From Escherichia coli (GTDB taxonomy: Bacteria > Pseudomonadota > Gammaproteobacteria > Enterobacterales > Enterobacteriaceae): a stretch of 45,313 bases of DNA. This document shows positions 22,717 to 32,307 of this stretch, piece after piece. The notes beneath the pieces were generated by a model that was not told where the DNA came from, made no database searches, and saw only the letters and a program-made list of their open reading frames with translations. Location of the stretch: NCBI RefSeq assembly GCF_003334315.1, contig NZ_QOWR01000038.1; one strand, 5' to 3'. A program made the position numbers and the translations under genes. Positions within the stretch are counted from its first letter, which is position 1. Every line of letters starts with the position of its first letter.

Positions 22717-23994
22717 ATGGCTGTGCTGATTTTTCTGGGCTGTCTGTTGGGTGGTATTGCTATCGGTTTGCCTATTGCCTGGGCACTGTTGTTGTGCGGG
22801 GCGGCGTTAATGTTCTGGCTGGACATGTTTGATGTCCAGATCATGGCACAAACGCTGGTGAACGGAGCCGATAGCTTCTCCCTGCTGGCGATTCCGTTCT
22901 TTGTGCTGGCGGGTGAAATCATGAATGCGGGCGGCTTGTCAAAACGCATTGTTGACCTGCCGATGAAACTGGTGGGGCATAAACCAGGCGGGCTGGGCTA
23001 CGTCGGCGTGCTGGCAGCTATGATTATGGCGAGCCTTTCTGGTTCTGCCGTTGCGGATACCGCCGCCGTTGCCGCTCTACTGGTGCCGATGATGCGCAGC
23101 GCCAACTATCCGGTCAACCGGGCGGCGGGGCTGATTGCCTCTGGCGGCATTATCGCGCCAATTATTCCCCCTTCCATTCCGTTTATTATCTTCGGCGTTT
23201 CCAGCGGATTATCCATCAGTAAGCTGTTTATGGCGGGCATTGCCCCTGGCATGATGATGGGCGCAACGCTGATGCTTACCTGGTGGTGGCAGGCCAGTCG
23301 CCTTAATTTACCCCGCCAGCAAAAAGCAACGATGCAGGAAATCTGGCACTCTTTTGTCTCCGGTATCTGGGCGCTGTTTCTTCCAGTCATCATTATTGGC
23401 GGGTTTCGCTCCGGTCTGTTTACCCCTACCGAAGCCGGGGCCGTTGCTGCTTTCTATGCGCTGTTTGTCGCCACAGTTATTTACCGTGAAATGACCTTCG
23501 CCACACTTTGGCATGTACTCATTGGCGCGGCGAAAACCACCTCAGTGGTTATGTTTCTGGTGGCCTCGGCACAAGTTTCCGCCTGGCTGATTACCATTGC
23601 TGAACTGCCGATGATGGTTTCTGATTTACTGCAACCGTTGGTCGATTCACCGCGTCTGCTGTTTATCGTCATTATGGTGGCTATCCTGATTGTCGGCATG
23701 GTCATGGATTTAACGCCGACGGTATTAATTCTTACCCCGGTATTAATGCCTTTAGTTAAAGAGGCAGGAATCGATCCGATTTATTTCGGTGTCATGTTTA
23801 TCATTAACTGCTCAATCGGCTTAATTACACCGCCTATCGGTAATGTACTTAACGTTATTTCAGGGGTGGCAAAACTCAAATTCGATGATGCAGTCAGAGG
23901 CGTTTTCCCTTACGTCCTGGTTTTATATTCATTATTAGTCGTATTTGTTTTTATTCCCGATCTCATCATCCTCCCTTTGAAATGGATTAATTAA
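22717..23994 (+). CDS. yiaN: TRAP transporter large permease subunit
   Basis: 425-aa polytopic DctM-like protein. Confidence 0.92.
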   Translation: MAVLIFLGCLLGGIAIGLPIAWALLLCGAALMFWLDMFDVQIMAQTLVNGADSFSLLAIPFFVLAGEIMNAGGLSKRIVDLPMKLVGHKPGGLGYVGVLAAMIMASLSGSAVADTAAVAALLVPMMRSANYPVNRAAGLIASGGIIAPIIPPSIPFIIFGVSSGLSISKLFMAGIAPGMMMGATLMLTWWWQASRLNLPRQQKATMQEIWHSFVSGIWALFLPVIIIGGFRSGLFTPTEAGAVAAFYALFVATVIYREMTFATLWHVLIGAAKTTSVVMFLVASAQVSAWLITIAELPMMVSDLLQPLVDSPRLLFIVIMVAILIVGMVMDLTPTVLILTPVLMPLVKEAGIDPIYFGVMFIINCSIGLITPPIGNVLNVISGVAKLKFDDAVRGVFPYVLVLYSLLVVFVFIPDLIILPLKWIN

Positions 23995-24006
23995 AAGGAA
24001 AATATT

Positions 24007-24993
24007 ATGAAATTACGCTCTGTAACCTACGCATTATTCATTGCTGGCCTGGCTGCATTCAGCACATCTTCTCTGGCGGCACAATCTTTACGTTTCGGTT
24101 ATGAAACATCACAAACCGACTCGCAACATATTGCGGCGAAAAAATTCAATGATTTATTGCAGGAGAGAACCAAAGGCGAGCTGAAATTAAAACTGTTCCC
24201 GGACAGCACTCTCGGTAACGCGCAGGCGATGATCAGCGGCGTACGTGGCGGCACCATCGATATGGAAATGTCCGGCTCGAATAACTTTGCCGGGTTATCA
24301 CCAGTGATGAACTTGCTTGATGTCCCTTTCCTGTTCCGCGATACCGCTCACGCGCATAAAACGCTCGACGGCAAAGTCGGTGATGATCTGAAAGCCTCAC
24401 TTGAAGGTAAAGGACTGAAAGTACTGGCCTACTGGGAAAACGGCTGGCGCGATGTCACCAACTCGCGCGCACCGGTTAAAACCCCCGCCGACCTGAAAGG
24501 GCTGAAAATCCGCACCAACAATAGCCCGATGAATATCGCCGCATTCAAAGTCTTTGGCGCTAACCCGATCCCGATGCCGTTTGCCGAAGTCTATACCGGG
24601 CTGGAAACCCGCACTATCGACGCTCAGGAACACCCGATCAACGTCGTCTGGTCAGCAAAATTTTTCGAAGTGCAGAAGTTCCTTTCTCTGACGCACCACG
24701 CCTATTCCCCGCTTCTGGTGGTGATCAACAAAGCGAAGTTTGATGGCTTAAGTCCGGAGTTCCAGCAGGCGCTAGTTTCATCTGCACAAGAAGCGGGTAA
24801 CTATCAGCGCAAACTGGTTGCTGAAGATCAGCAAAAAATCATCGACGGCATGAAAGAAGCGGGCGTGGAAGTCATCACCGATCTCGACCGCAAAGCCTTT
24901 AGCGACGCACTGGGGAATCAGGTTCGCGACATGTTTGTTAAAGATGTGCCGCAGGGAGCTGATCTGCTGAAAGCCGTGGATGAGGTGCAATAA
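24007..24993 (+). CDS. yiaO: TRAP transporter periplasmic solute-binding protein (2,3-diketo-L-gulonate)
   Basis: 328 aa with a signal peptide; DctP-like. Confidence 0.92.
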   Translation: MKLRSVTYALFIAGLAAFSTSSLAAQSLRFGYETSQTDSQHIAAKKFNDLLQERTKGELKLKLFPDSTLGNAQAMISGVRGGTIDMEMSGSNNFAGLSPVMNLLDVPFLFRDTAHAHKTLDGKVGDDLKASLEGKGLKVLAYWENGWRDVTNSRAPVKTPADLKGLKIRTNNSPMNIAAFKVFGANPIPMPFAEVYTGLETRTIDAQEHPINVVWSAKFFEVQKFLSLTHHAYSPLLVVINKAKFDGLSPEFQQALVSSAQEAGNYQRKLVAEDQQKIIDGMKEAGVEVITDLDRKAFSDALGNQVRDMFVKDVPQGADLLKAVDEVQ

Positions 24994-24996
24994 ACC

Positions 24997-26493
24997 ATGA
25001 CGCAATACTGGCTGGGGTTAGATTGTGGCGGTAGCTGGCTGAAAGCCGGGCTGTATGACCGCGAAGGCCGGGAGGCAGGCGTGCAGCGCCTGCCGCTGTG
25101 CGCATTAAGCCCGCAGCCAGGCTGGGCAGAGCGCGATATGGCAGAACTGTGGCAATGCTGCATGGCTGTCATTCGCGCCCTGCTTACTCATTCTGGTGTT
25201 AGCGGGGAACAAATTGTCGGTATCGGCATCTCCGCACAGGGAAAGGGCTTGTTTTTGCTGGATAAAAACGACAAACCGCTCGGGAATGCTATTTTGTCCT
25301 CGGACCGCCGGGCGATGGAAATCGTTCGTCGCTGGCAGGAAGATGGCATCCCGGAAAAACTCTACCCGCTGACCCGACAAACCTTGTGGACCGGGCATCC
25401 GGTGTCGCTGTTACGCTGGCTGAAAGAGCACGAACCAGAACGCTACGCGCAAATTGGCTGCGTGATGATGACGCACGACTACCTGCGCTGGTGTTTAACT
25501 GGCGTCAAAGGCTGTGAAGAGAGCAATATTTCCGAGTCCAACCTCTACAACATGAGTCTTGGGGAATATGACCCGTGCCTCACCGACTGGCTGGGGATCG
25601 CTGAAATCAATCACGCCCTGCCGCCTGTTGTCGGATCTGCCGAAATCTGCGGGGAGATCACCGCTCAGACAGCCGCCCTGACCGGTCTGAAAGCGGGTAC
25701 GCCCGTTGTTGGCGGCCTGTTTGATGTGGTTTCCACCGCACTCTGCGCCGGGATCGAAGACGAATTTACCCTCAATGCGGTGATGGGGACCTGGGCGGTG
25801 ACCAGCGGCATAACCCGCGGTTTACGTGACGGTGAAGCGCATCCGTATGTCTATGGTCGCTACGTTAACGATGGTGAATTTATCGTTCACGAAGCCAGCC
25901 CTACCTCTTCCGGCAACCTCGAATGGTTTACCGCACAGTGGGGAGAAATCTCGTTTGATGAGATCAATCAGGCCGTTGCCAGCTTGCCGAAGGCTGGGGG
26001 CGATCTCTTTTTCCTGCCGTTCCTGTACGGCAGCAACGCCGGACTCGAGATGACCAGTGGTTTCTACGGGATGCAGGCCATTCACACCCGCGCGCACCTG
26101 TTGCAGGCCATCTATGAAGGGGTGGTGTTCAGCCATATGACCCACCTCAACCGAATGCGCGAACGTTTTACTGATGTTCACACCCTACGCGTCACTGGCG
26201 GCCCGGCGCACTCCGATGTCTGGATGCAAATGCTGGCGGACGTCAGCGGTCTGCGTATCGAGCTGCCGCAGGTGGAAGAAACCGGCTGCTTTGGTGCGGC
26301 CCTTGCCGCCCGCGTCGGCACCGGGGTTTATCACAACTTCAGCGAAGCCCAACGTGACTTGCGACACCCGGTGCGCACCCTGCTGCCAGATATGACCGCC
26401 CATCAGCTTTACCAAAAAAAATATCAACGTTATCAGCATCTCATTGCCGCACTTCAGGGCTTTCACGCCCGCATTAAGGAGCACACATTATGA
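24997..26493 (+). CDS. lyxK: L-xylulose / 3-keto-L-gulonate kinase
   Basis: 498-aa FGGY-family kinase (YWLGLDCGGSWLKAGLYD). K-12 order. Confidence 0.92.
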   Translation: MTQYWLGLDCGGSWLKAGLYDREGREAGVQRLPLCALSPQPGWAERDMAELWQCCMAVIRALLTHSGVSGEQIVGIGISAQGKGLFLLDKNDKPLGNAILSSDRRAMEIVRRWQEDGIPEKLYPLTRQTLWTGHPVSLLRWLKEHEPERYAQIGCVMMTHDYLRWCLTGVKGCEESNISESNLYNMSLGEYDPCLTDWLGIAEINHALPPVVGSAEICGEITAQTAALTGLKAGTPVVGGLFDVVSTALCAGIEDEFTLNAVMGTWAVTSGITRGLRDGEAHPYVYGRYVNDGEFIVHEASPTSSGNLEWFTAQWGEISFDEINQAVASLPKAGGDLFFLPFLYGSNAGLEMTSGFYGMQAIHTRAHLLQAIYEGVVFSHMTHLNRMRERFTDVHTLRVTGGPAHSDVWMQMLADVSGLRIELPQVEETGCFGAALAARVGTGVYHNFSEAQRDLRHPVRTLLPDMTAHQLYQKKYQRYQHLIAALQGFHARIKEHTL

Positions 26494-27152
26494 GCCGACC
26501 ACTTCTGCAACTGGCCCTCGACCACTCATCACTTGAAGCCGCGCAGCGCGACGTGACGCTGTTAAAAGACAGCGTCGATATCGTCGAAGCGGGCACCATT
26601 CTCTGTTTAAACGAAGGGCTTGGCGCGGTGAAAGCCTTGCGCGAACAGTGCCCGGACAAAATCATCGTTGCTGACTGGAAGGTCGCCGACGCTGGTGAAA
26701 CGCTCGCGCAACAGGCGTTTGGCGCAGGCGCTAACTGGATGACCATCATCTGCGCCGCGCCGCTCGCGACGGTAGAAAAAGGCCACGCAATGGCACAACG
26801 CTGCGGGGGTGAAATTCAGATAGAGCTGTTCGGTAACTGGACGCTGGACGACGCCCGCGACTGGCATCGTATTGGCGTGCGGCAGGCCATTTATCATCGC
26901 GGTCGTGATGCACAGGCCAGCGGGCAACAGTGGGGCGAAGCCGATCTGGCACGCATGAAGGCGCTTTCAGATATCGGCCTTGAGCTTTCCATTACTGGCG
27001 GGATTACCCCTGCTGACCTGCCGCTGTTTAAAGATATCCGCGTGAAAGCGTTTATTGCCGGGCGGGCACTGGCAGGCGCGGCAAATCCGGCGCAAGTGGC
27101 TGGCGATTTCCATGCGCAAATCGACGCTATCTGGGGAGGTGCGCGTGCGTAA
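26490..27152 (+). CDS. sgbH: 3-keto-L-gulonate-6-phosphate decarboxylase
   Basis: 220-aa OMP-decarboxylase-like protein ([13 protein letters not shown]). Overlaps the lyxK stop by 4 nt. Confidence 0.92.
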   Translation: MSRPLLQLALDHSSLEAAQRDVTLLKDSVDIVEAGTILCLNEGLGAVKALREQCPDKIIVADWKVADAGETLAQQAFGAGANWMTIICAAPLATVEKGHAMAQRCGGEIQIELFGNWTLDDARDWHRIGVRQAIYHRGRDAQASGQQWGEADLARMKALSDIGLELSITGGITPADLPLFKDIRVKAFIAGRALAGAANPAQVAGDFHAQIDAIWGGARA

Positions 27153-28005
27153 TCATCCGTTAGGGATTTATGAAAAAGCGCTGGCGAAAGATCTCTCCTG
27201 GCCGGAGCGGCTGGTGCTGGCAAAAAGCTGCGGTTTTGATTTTGTCGAAATGTCGGTGGATGAAACCGACGAACGGCTCTCACGTCTTGACTGGAGCGCC
27301 GCACAAAGGACTTCGCTGGTTGCCGCGATGATCGAAACAGGTGTTGGGATCCCGTCGATGTGCCTGTCCGCACATCGTCGCTTTCCTTTTGGTAGCCGTG
27401 ACGACGCGGTACGCCAGCGAGCACGGGAGATCATGAGCAAAGCGATTCGTCTGGCACGCGATCTCGGCATACGCACCATCCAGCTGGCGGGCTACGACGT
27501 CTATTACGAAGACCACGATGAAGGCACCCGGCAACGTTTTGCTGAAGGGCTGGCGTGGGCGGTCGAACAGGCGGCGGCATCACAAGTCATGCTAGCGGTG
27601 GAGATTATGGACACCGCGTTTATGAACTCCATCAGTAAATGGAAAAAGTGGGACGAGATGCTCGCCTCGCCGTGGTTCACCGTCTACCCGGACGTCGGCA
27701 ACCTCAGCGCCTGGGGCAATGATGTTCCCGCCGAACTGAAACTGGGCATTGACCGTATCGCCGCGATCCACCTGAAAGACACCCAGCCAGTTACCGAGCA
27801 AAGTCCCGGACAGTTCCGCGACGTGCCGTTTGGCGAAGGCTGCGTCGATTTCGTTGGCATCTTCAAAACGCTGCATAAACTGAACTATCGCGGTTCTTTC
27901 CTGATTGAGATGTGGACCGAAAAAGCCAAAGAGCCGGTGCTGGAGATTATTCAGGCGCGGCGTTGGATTGAAGCGCGTATGCAGGAGGCTGGATTTATAT
28001 GTTAG
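27145..28005 (+). CDS. sgbU: L-xylulose-5-phosphate 3-epimerase
   Basis: A GTG start at 27145 preceded by GGAGG gives [13 protein letters not shown]... and the 286-aa K-12 length. The track ORF is extended upstream into sgbH. Confidence 0.9.
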   Translation: MRNHPLGIYEKALAKDLSWPERLVLAKSCGFDFVEMSVDETDERLSRLDWSAAQRTSLVAAMIETGVGIPSMCLSAHRRFPFGSRDDAVRQRAREIMSKAIRLARDLGIRTIQLAGYDVYYEDHDEGTRQRFAEGLAWAVEQAAASQVMLAVEIMDTAFMNSISKWKKWDEMLASPWFTVYPDVGNLSAWGNDVPAELKLGIDRIAAIHLKDTQPVTEQSPGQFRDVPFGEGCVDFVGIFKTLHKLNYRGSFLIEMWTEKAKEPVLEIIQARRWIEARMQEAGFIC

Positions 28006-28694
28006 AGCAACTGAAAGCCGACGTGCTGGCGGCAAATCTGGCGCTTCCCGCTCACCATCTGGTGACGTTCACCTGGGGCAATGTCAGCGCGGTAGACGAC
28101 ACGCGGCAATGGATGGTAATCAAACCTTCCGGCGTCGAATACGACGTGATGACCGCCGACGATATGGTGGTGGTTGAGATAGCCAGCGGTAAGGCGGTGG
28201 AAGGCAGCAAAAAGCCCTCTTCCGATACGCCAACGCATCTGGCGCTCTACCGTCGCTATGCAGAGATCGGTGGCATTGTGCATACCCACTCGCGCCACGC
28301 GACCATCTGGTCACAGGCCGGGCTGGATCTCCCCGCCTGGGGCACCACCCACGCCGATTATTTTTACGGTGCCATCCCCTGCACGCGCCAGATGACCACT
28401 GAGGAGATCAACGGCGAGTATGAATACCAGACTGGCGAAGTGATCATTAAAACCTTCGAAGAACGTGGTTTGAACCCGGCACAAATCCCGGCGGTACTGG
28501 TACATTCTCACGGCCCGTTCGCCTGGGGAAAAAACGCCGCCGATGCGGTGCATAACGCCGTGGTGCTGGAAGAGTGCGCCTATATGGGCCTGTTCTCGCG
28601 CCAGCTTGCGCCGCAGCTCCCTGCCATGCAAAACAAACTGCTGGATAAACACTACCTGCGTAAGCATGGAGACAATGTCTATTACGGGCAGTAA
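27999..28694 (+). CDS. sgbE: L-ribulose-5-phosphate 4-epimerase
   Basis: 231 aa, AraD-like ([30 protein letters not shown]). Overlaps sgbU by 7 nt. Confidence 0.94.
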   Translation: MLEQLKADVLAANLALPAHHLVTFTWGNVSAVDDTRQWMVIKPSGVEYDVMTADDMVVVEIASGKAVEGSKKPSSDTPTHLALYRRYAEIGGIVHTHSRHATIWSQAGLDLPAWGTTHADYFYGAIPCTRQMTTEEINGEYEYQTGEVIIKTFEERGLNPAQIPAVLVHSHGPFAWGKNAADAVHNAVVLEECAYMGLFSRQLAPQLPAMQNKLLDKHYLRKHGDNVYYGQ

Positions 28695-28725
28695 TCCCTC
28701 ACGCCGGGGCTTCATCGCCCCGGCA

Positions 28726-28925
28726 CTACGAATTGATATGTTCCTTGCTGTAACGCCGTTTCCACGCTGCTGGCGTTAAACCGGTGTGTTTGCGAAAAAT
28801 CTGCCGGAAAAAGCCAACGTCATTAAACCGTATTGCATGGAGCAGGCCGACAACGTCGAGTCACTGCATAACCTGTTGCTGCCCGCCGATGCGCCATTTA
28901 CGACATTTGAAGGCAAGGGATTGTT
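28726..28925 (-). pseudogene. AraC-family regulator remnant (C-terminal HTH only, interrupted by an in-frame stop)
   Basis: The minus strand reads ...KWRIGGQQQVMQ*LDVVGLLHAIRFNDVGFFRQIFRKHTGLTPAAWKRRYSKEHINS*, which includes a typical second AraC helix-turn-helix. There is no intact ORF of 60 aa or more, and the upstream extent is uncertain. Confidence 0.55.
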
Positions 28926-29040
28926 CAGCCATAAGATCCTGATTCAGACGCCAGGTTCCCGGTATGAACAGAGCAATCCAGAGCAACAACCTTTGTGGCA
29001 TTACGACGGAGCACCAGCCGCACCAACATCCACCGGTGAA

Positions 29041-29781
29041 TTAAAAACGCCAGCTCACGCCGGTGACAAAGGTAAAACTCTCATTACGATCAATCATCGG
29101 GCTGTCGGTAATCTCTTCCGGCAGCTCGCTGTATCCTGCACTCGCCATCAATACGACGTGCTCTCCTATCGGGTATTTTGCCGTCAGGCTGACATAGGGC
29201 ACCCAGGCATCCTGCGCGGAATAACTTGCCAGACCGCTACGACGGGACTCACTCTCTGAAATGCCATAGTAATAGTCACTGAAATTCTCGTCATAATAGA
29301 GCACGCCCAGCGCAGGTGTCAGCGACAGGCGACCTATCTGCATTTTGTGGAAAACCGATAGCTCCCCCACCCAGCCGTTGCTGTTATCCAGAACGTCCGC
29401 AGCCGCAGAGGCTTTCACAGTTCCCCAACGCTCGTGGTGATACCAGGCAACCCCCGCCATAGCCGTACTATCACGCTTATCAAGCTGTTGCATGGCATAA
29501 TCGTCATTATCGGCAGGGTCAAATTCCAGCGGCATCCAGGATGCGGTCAGGCTAAGTTCATTTTTTTCACTTTGCGACAGAATAAAACCTAACGTGGTCT
29601 GACGAACATAAAAAGAATCACCTTCATAACTAATCAGGGGAATTGCCTTTGTATTTTCATTATAACCGCGATAAGGCGATTCATTATAAGCCGCACCGGC
29701 ACCAATGGATAATTCAGAAGCAGTTGCGCTTGCCATAAAAGGCAACGCAAATAACGCCACAATATTGCGGTTAATTAACAT
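29041..29781 (-). CDS. yiaT: MipA/OmpV-family outer membrane protein
   Basis: 246 aa with a signal peptide (MLINRNIVALFALPFMASA) and a C-terminal aromatic residue (…SWRF), typical of beta-barrel OMPs. K-12 position. Confidence 0.88.
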   Translation of the reverse strand: MLINRNIVALFALPFMASATASELSIGAGAAYNESPYRGYNENTKAIPLISYEGDSFYVRQTTLGFILSQSEKNELSLTASWMPLEFDPADNDDYAMQQLDKRDSTAMAGVAWYHHERWGTVKASAAADVLDNSNGWVGELSVFHKMQIGRLSLTPALGVLYYDENFSDYYYGISESESRRSGLASYSAQDAWVPYVSLTAKYPIGEHVVLMASAGYSELPEEITDSPMIDRNESFTFVTGVSWRF

Positions 29782-29904
29782 GTTCGGTATTCCATTTTAA
29801 AATAAGATAAAAAAGAGTCGGCATAGTAATGCTTACAATTTCTCCGGTGCAAGATTCATATTTATATAGTAATATATAAAATTATATATAATTGGGCTGT
29901 TGCG

Positions 29905-30879
29905 ATGACAAAATTACAACTTAAGTACCGGGAGTTAAAAATTATCTCGGTAATCGCTGCCAGTGAAAATATCAGCCATGCCGCGACTGTACTTGGCATC
30001 GCACAGGCCAACGTCAGCAAATATCTTGCTGATTTTGAATCAAAAGTGGGTTTAAAAGTCTTTGACCGAACCACCCGGCAGCTGATGCTCACACCTTTTG
30101 GTACCGCGCTGTTACCGTACATCAACGACATGCTGGACAGAAACGAGCAGCTTAATAATTTTATTGCAGATTATAAGCATGAGAAACGTGGTCGGGTCAC
30201 CATCTACGCCCCAACCGGCATAATTACCTATTTATCCAAACATGTAATCGATAAAATTAAAGATATCGGTGATATCACCTTATCGCTAAAAACCTGCAAT
30301 CTTGAGCGTAATGCCTTTTATGAAGGCGTCGAATTTCCTGATGATTGTGATGTTTTAATCAGCTACGCTCCACCAAAAGATGAATCGCTGGTTGCCAGTT
30401 TTATTACCCAATATGCCGTAACCGCTTATGCCAGCCAGCGCTATCTTGAGAAACATCCCATTAGCCGTCCTGACGAACTCGAACATCACTCCTGTATTTT
30501 GATCGACTCGATGATGATCGACGACGCGAATATCTGGCGCTTCAACGTCGCCGGGAGTAAAGAGGTGCGGGATTATCGCGTGAAGGGAAATTACGTTTGC
30601 GACAACACGCAATCTGCGCTGGAGCTGGCACGAAATCACCTGGGGATTGTGTTTGCGCCAGACAAAAGTGTGCAGAGCGACCTGCAAGACGGCACGCTGG
30701 TGCCCTGCTTTCAGCAACCCTATGAATGGTGGCTGGATCTGGTGGCTATCTTCCGTAAACGGGAATACCAGCCCTGGCGGGTCCAGTATGTGCTGGATGA
30801 AATGCTGCGTGAAATTCGCCACCAGCTTGCTCAGTCGCAGCAACTGCGGCCTGAACAAGCGGCGGAAAGCGAAGATTAA
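29905..30879 (+). CDS. yiaU: LysR-family transcriptional regulator
   Basis: 324 aa with an N-terminal LysR HTH (ISHAATVLGIAQANVSKYLADFESKVGLKVFDRTTRQLMLTPFG). Divergent from yiaT. Confidence 0.88.
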   Translation: MTKLQLKYRELKIISVIAASENISHAATVLGIAQANVSKYLADFESKVGLKVFDRTTRQLMLTPFGTALLPYINDMLDRNEQLNNFIADYKHEKRGRVTIYAPTGIITYLSKHVIDKIKDIGDITLSLKTCNLERNAFYEGVEFPDDCDVLISYAPPKDESLVASFITQYAVTAYASQRYLEKHPISRPDELEHHSCILIDSMMIDDANIWRFNVAGSKEVRDYRVKGNYVCDNTQSALELARNHLGIVFAPDKSVQSDLQDGTLVPCFQQPYEWWLDLVAIFRKREYQPWRVQYVLDEMLREIRHQLAQSQQLRPEQAAESED

Positions 30880-30901
30880 TGATCGAGATAAAGGTAATGC
30901 A

Positions 30902-32227
30902 CCAGGGAAAATTCATGAACATGCCCGTATTTACAGGCTTCGTAGTGTAGCAGGTTCTCAAATTTTGAACTTTATGAGTTAGCGCTATCACACAACAATC
31001 AATTATCCGATGATCGATTTGTAGATCATTTTCAGTGTTTTCTAATACCTCCATAGACAAATTGGAGGTCCAACGATGAGTAACCAGCACCCATTTATGC
31101 ATTTCGATGCCATCCCAGATTATCGCCAACAAGGTAAAGTCGAGCACAAGTTAACTGATATCATTTTGTTAACAATTTGCGCGGTGCTTTCCGGTCAAGA
31201 TGACTGGAAAGCTATCCATCTTTACGGCACTAGATGGTTAGATTTTCTCAAACGCTTTGGTGATTTTAGTCATGGTGTTCCCTCTGCCATTACCATTGCA
31301 AGAGTGATGGGAATGATTAGCGCGACACGCTTACAAAAGTGTTTTATCGAATGGATGAAATCCTGCTGTGAACTGACGGACGGTGAAGTGATCGCCATAG
31401 ACGGTAAAACCGTGCGTGGCTCTTATGATGATTCCCGTGGGCTTGGTGCTATCCATATGGTTAATGCGTTTGCGACAGAGAATGGCGTGTGCCTTGGACA
31501 ACATAAAGTTTACGAGAAGTCCAATGAGATAACCGCTATCCCTGAGTTGCTTCAACTGCTTGATATATCGGGTTGTTTAGTCACAATTGATGCGATGGGA
31601 TGCCAAAAGAAAATCGCGCAAAAGATCCTTGAAAAAAACGCTGATTACTTGCTGGCCGTGAAAGGAAATCAAGGCCGACTTGAGCAAGCTTTTGATAACT
31701 ATTTTGATATGAGCATGCTGCAAAAACATGATGGTGATTCTTACAGTACCCAAGAAAAATCGCGAGGCAGACAGGAAACACGACTGGCTTTAGTGAATGA
31801 AGATTTAAGTGTTTTGGGCGATCTTGAGTTTGATTGGCCAGGGCTAAAAACGATGGGAATTGTGGTATCGATTAGACAAGAATCAGCAGTGGCCCAAGAG
31901 TCAGAAGTAACGGTGCGATATTATATTAGTTCGAAAGCGCTCAGTGCTAAAGAATTGTTAAATGCTTCACGCTCGCACTGGTTAGTCGAGTCGATGCATT
32001 GGATGTTGGATACTGCATTTGGTGAAGATGCTTGCCGTAAACGAGCGGAAGAACGAGCAGAGAATTTCGCAAGGATCAGACAGATGTGTTTAAACATGCT
32101 AAAAAGTGAAACGACACTAAAAGCGAGTATTAAACACAAAAGAGCGATGTGCGCGATGGATCCGGAGTACCTTTTGAAGGTTCTGGGAAGCCTTTATTTA
32201 CGGGAATGTTCATGATTTTTCCGTGGG
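30902..32227 (+). mobile_element. Complete ISAs1-family insertion sequence (H-repeat type)
   Basis: Imperfect terminal inverted repeats: ccagggaaaattcatgaacatgcccg (30902-30927) against the complement of cgggaatgttcatgatttttccgtggg (32201-32227), about 23/27 identical. They enclose one intact 379-aa transposase gene. The ~1.33-kb size fits the family. Confidence 0.78.
31076..32215 (+). CDS. ISAs1-family (H-repeat-associated) DDE transposase
   Basis: 379 aa, MSNQHPFMHFDAIPDYRQQGKVEHKLTDIILLTICAVLSGQDDW...AIDGKTVRGS...TIDAMGCQKKIA. Recognised as the H-rpt/YhhI-like ISAs1 transposase family. No frameshift or internal stop. Confidence 0.9.
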   Translation: MSNQHPFMHFDAIPDYRQQGKVEHKLTDIILLTICAVLSGQDDWKAIHLYGTRWLDFLKRFGDFSHGVPSAITIARVMGMISATRLQKCFIEWMKSCCELTDGEVIAIDGKTVRGSYDDSRGLGAIHMVNAFATENGVCLGQHKVYEKSNEITAIPELLQLLDISGCLVTIDAMGCQKKIAQKILEKNADYLLAVKGNQGRLEQAFDNYFDMSMLQKHDGDSYSTQEKSRGRQETRLALVNEDLSVLGDLEFDWPGLKTMGIVVSIRQESAVAQESEVTVRYYISSKALSAKELLNASRSHWLVESMHWMLDTAFGEDACRKRAEERAENFARIRQMCLNMLKSETTLKASIKHKRAMCAMDPEYLLKVLGSLYLRECS

Positions 32228-32307
32228 AACGAGGATTAATTAAACTATTATCTTACTTAACTCTGCACACGGACTCAGGAGTAAGGACTTCTTCCGATAA
32301 AGAAAAA

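Noticed and set aside
26894-27534. Minus-strand ORFs (176, 103 and 84 aa) inside sgbH/sgbU
   Set aside because: Antisense shadow ORFs within confidently assigned genes. Their composition is Arg/Ser/Pro-rich.
28786-29259. 157-aa plus-strand ORF between sgbE and yiaT
   Set aside because: Its 5' half is the antisense of the AraC-family remnant and its 3' half is antisense to yiaT. It has no RBS and no recognisable motif.
30892-30905. ggtaatgcacc immediately left of the ISAs1 element resembles the IS1 terminus ggtaatgactcc
   Set aside because: Only about 9 of 12 positions match, with no further IS1 sequence on either side. This is most likely coincidence rather than an IS1 scar.
30746-31147. 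133-aa minus-strand ORF crossing the yiaU / ISAs1 junction
   Set aside because: It spans the IS terminal repeat and the 3' end of yiaU in antisense. It is a chance ORF created by the junction, with no RBS or motif.
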